A DNA stretch of 64,000 bases from Pristiophorus japonicus. Its lineage: Eukaryota. Below are positions 60,609 through 64,000 of the stretch, one piece after another. Position 1 is the stretch's first letter, and the number at the start of each line of letters is the position of its first letter. The notes beneath the pieces were generated by a model. It saw only the letters and a list, made by a program, of their open reading frames with translations. It was not told where the DNA came from and did no database searches. The stretch is taken from contig NC_091995.1 in NCBI RefSeq assembly GCF_044704955.1, positions 14,136,001 to 14,200,000 on the forward strand. The letters run 5' to 3'. Position numbers and translations under genes: made by a program.

Positions 60609-62525
60609 AATAATTCTACAATTATTTTAGTTGTATTTAAAAAAACAATTAAATCAAGTGCCCCCTGATTAAAGGGGGGGGGGAACGCACTAAACATTTT
60701 CAAACAAGTGACAAACTTGTGAGCATACTCACAGGTGCATACATTACATTCGGCCAACAAAAACCTAGCGATCTCAGTTTTGAAATGTTTAATTGTCCCC
60801 CCCCCCCCAGCATCAACATCTTTTTTGAGAGAGTGACTTGATGATTTCCACTAACCCTGTGTGTGATGAAGTGATGCCTGACATCGGCCCTCAACAGCCT
60901 GGCTCCAGTTTTATGCCATCTCTTGTTCAGGACACCCCCCAGCCACGCCAGAGGTAATAGCTTCTCTCTATCTACACTTTCAAATCCTTCAACCATCTTA
61001 AATCAGCCAAGGGGGCAGAGTGGAGGATGTTTGGGAAGGATACTGGTGCAGATTTTCCCATTCCTACACCGGGGATCACTGGGTGCAGCCAATACTGGAA
61101 AATTGGGAAGGGCAGAACGCATCGCCCTAACAGAGCAAGGCCCCGAAATTCCGTCAATTCTTTGCAGGGCCAAGGGAGAAGAACGAGGAGGGTGGGACTA
61201 ATAGTTCTTTCCAAAGAGACAGCACAGGTTCGATGGGTCAAATGACGTTCTTCAGCTGTAAGATTCTTTGATTCTATGAAAATCTGATGGGCTCCATCAG
61301 GGGTGCCCGATTTTTACATATTGAGTGCGCTCAGTAATCTATTAACCCCAGGAGCATGAACTGAATAATCTGCTCTAATAAACATCCAAGGGGAGTCACC
61401 ATTGACCAGAAACTTAACTGGACCAGCCACATAAATACAATGGCAACAAGAGCAGGTCAGAGGCTGGGTATTCTGCGGTGAGTGTCTCACCTCCTAAGCC
61501 TTTCCACCATCTACAAGGCACAAGTCAGGAGTGTGATAGAATACTCTCCACTTGCCTGGATGAGTGCAGCTCCAACAACACTCAAGAAGCTCGACACCAT
61601 CCAAGACAAAGCAGCCCACTTGATTGCTCCCTCATCCACCACCTTAAACAGTCACAACACCCAGCCCCGGCGCACCGTGGCTGCCGTGTGTCTACAAGAT
61701 GCACTGCAGCAACTCGCCAAGGCTTCTTTGACTGCACCTCCCAAACCCCCGACCTCTGCCACCTAGAAGGACAAACATAAGAACATAAGAAATAGGAGCA
61801 GGAGTCGATCATTTGGCCCCTCAAGACTGCTCCACCATTCAATGAGATCATGGCTGATCTGATCTTGGCCTCAACTCCACTTCCCCACCCACTCCCCATA
61901 ACCCTTGACTCCCTTATCATTCCAAAATCCGTCTATCTCCACCTTAAATATATTCAATGAATCCACAGTTCTTTAGGGTAGAGAATTCCAATGATTCATG
62001 ACCCTCAGAGAAGAAATTCCTCCTCATCTCTGTTCTAAATGGGTGACCCCTTCTTCTGAAACTGTGCCCCCTAGTTCTAGATCCCCTTCCCAAGAAGGGA
62101 AACATCCTCTCTGCATCTACCTTGTCAAGCCCCCTCAGAATCTTATACATTTCAATAAGACAAGGGCAGCAGGCACCTGGGAACACCACCACCTCCACGT
62201 TCCCTTCCAAATCACACAACATCCTGACTTAGGAATATATCATCCATTCCTTCATCGTCGCTGCGTCATGATCCTGGAACTCCCTCCCTAACAGCACTGT
62301 GGGAGCACCTTCACCACACGGACTGCAGCGGTTCGAGAAGGCGGCTCACCACCACCTTCTCAAGGGCGATTCGGGATGGGTAATAAATGCCGGCCTTGCC
62401 AGCGATGCCCACATCCCATGAACTAATTTTTTTTTTTTAAAGTAGCAAGGGAGAAAGAAGGGATAAAAATAAATCAGAAAATGAGGGAGCGAGAGAGAGG
62501 AAGCAGCATAAACTACGAAGTTATA

Positions 62526-62948
62526 CAGGTTGTACCTCTCCAGTCCGGAACTCTCGGGACCTGACCTGTGCCGGAACAGAGAACTTGCCGAACCACGGGA
62601 GGTCACGCCGAGCCTAGCCTTACTGGTACCTGATGTCAGCACCCGAACTGCTGAACGCCTCCGCCATGCTCCAGCTACGAAACTCGGGCCTCACTCTCTC
62701 TCTCTCTCTCTCCGTGCTGGTTTGCTGGTTTTTTTTAAAGATCGCGTCGACCCGCCGTCACCCCCCACCGGACCCAGACCCGCCACCGCCCCCGGACCCG
62801 CCACCGCCCCCAACCCGCCCCAGGACCCGGACCTGACGCCCCCCCCTCTCTGCCACTGCCCATGCCGCTCACGCTGCAGGTACGGAACTGATGCCGAACC
62901 ATGGGTGGTGCCGGATCAGAGAGTCCCGGACTGGAGAGGTACAACCTG
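62526..62948. mobile_element. Tigger/pogo-like MITE with GC-rich interior
   Basis: Perfect 23-bp TIR CAGGTTGTACCTCTCCAGTCCGG, TA target duplication. Confidence 0.9.
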
Positions 62949-62950
62949 TA

Positions 62951-64000
62951 TACTGTAATGGATTGGTTAACGGATAGAAAACAAGAGAGTAGGGATAGAA
63001 TGGTCATTTTCAGGTTGGCAGGCTGTAACTAGTGGGGTGCTGCAGGGATCAGTGCTGGGGCCTCAGCTATTTACAATTTATATTAATGTCCGAGATGAAG
63101 GGAGCGAGTGTAATGTATCCAAGTTTGCTGACAATACAAAGCTAGGTAGGACAGTAGACAGTGAGGAGAACACAAAACTTCTGCAAAGGGATATAGACAG
63201 ACTTAGTGAGTGGGCAGTAAGATGGCAGATGGAGTATAATGTAGGAAAATGTGAGGTTATTCGCTTTGGTAGGAAGAATAGAAAAACAGAATATTTTTTT
63301 AAATGGTGAGAAACTTTTAAATGTTGCTGTTCAGAGAGATTTTGGGTGTCCTTGTGCAAGAAACACAGAAAGCTAGCATGTGAGTACAGCGAACAATAAG
63401 GAAGGCAAATGGCATGTTGCCCTTTATTGCAAGGGGGATGGAGTACAAGAGTAAGGAAGTCCTGCAACAATTGTACAGGGCTTTGGTGAGACCACACCTG
63501 AAGTACTGTGCACAGTTTTAGTATCCTTATCTAAGGAAGGATATACTTGCTTTGGAGGCGCTACATCAGAGGTTCACTAGATTGAAACATAGAAACATAG
63601 ACAATAGATGCAGAAGTAGGCCATCCGGCCCTTCGAGCCTGCACCACCATTCAATAAGATCATGGCTGATCATTCCTTCAGTAGCCCCTTCCTGCTTTCT
63701 CTCCATACCCCTTGATCCCTTTAGCCGCAAGGGCCATATCTAACTTCCTCTTGAATATATTCAATGAACTGGCATCAACAACTCTCTGCGGTAGGGAAAT
63801 CAATAGGTTAACAACTCTGAGTGAAGAAGTTCCTCCTCATCTCAGTCCTAAATGGCCTACCCCTTATCCTAAGACTATGTCCCCTGGTTCTGGACTTTCC
63901 CAACATCGGGAACATTCTTCCTGCATCTAACCTGTCCAGTCCCGTCAAAATTTTATATGTTTCTATGAGATTCCCTCTCATCCTTCTAAGCTCCAGTGAA
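62951..64000. mobile_element. Two CR1 fragments (+ 62951-63583; - 63586-64000)
   Basis: [15 protein letters not shown], and an inverted CR1 3' tail. Confidence 0.9.

Larger units (their letters stand above)
59443..60748. mobile_element. Solo LTR hosting stacked Tx1 insertions
   Basis: Termini tttaatgtat / atacattaca (near-inverted), interrupting a CR1-type tail. Confidence 0.6.

Overview
Repeat-rich vertebrate DNA, most likely from a cartilaginous fish (shark). This is inferred from the mix of CR1, L2, RTE, Tx1, Penelope, tRNA-SINE and Mag-type Gypsy elements. The left third holds a cluster made only of linker-histone genes. Three intact, intronless, strongly diverged H1-like genes lie at 992-1600 (-), 12968-13630 (+) and 16146-16925 (-), each with a perfect replication-dependent histone 3' stem-loop. 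There is also an H1 pseudogene (~23355-23790) and an orphan duplicated stem-loop (275-290). Two of these H1s are very Arg-rich, and one also carries 5 Cys, resembling H1-to-protamine-like intermediates. The right end holds the last three exons of a minus-strand VWA7-like type I membrane protein gene. Other features are a complete degenerate Gypsy element, solo LTRs, MITEs, Tx1 copies stacked at one target site (one fused to 5S rRNA pseudogenes) and a possible BRWD1/PHIP-like fragment. Much of the non-repeat intergenic DNA reads as mutually unrelated 100-200 nt fold-back modules with nested stems. This was seen by eye only and needs a shuffle-controlled folding test.
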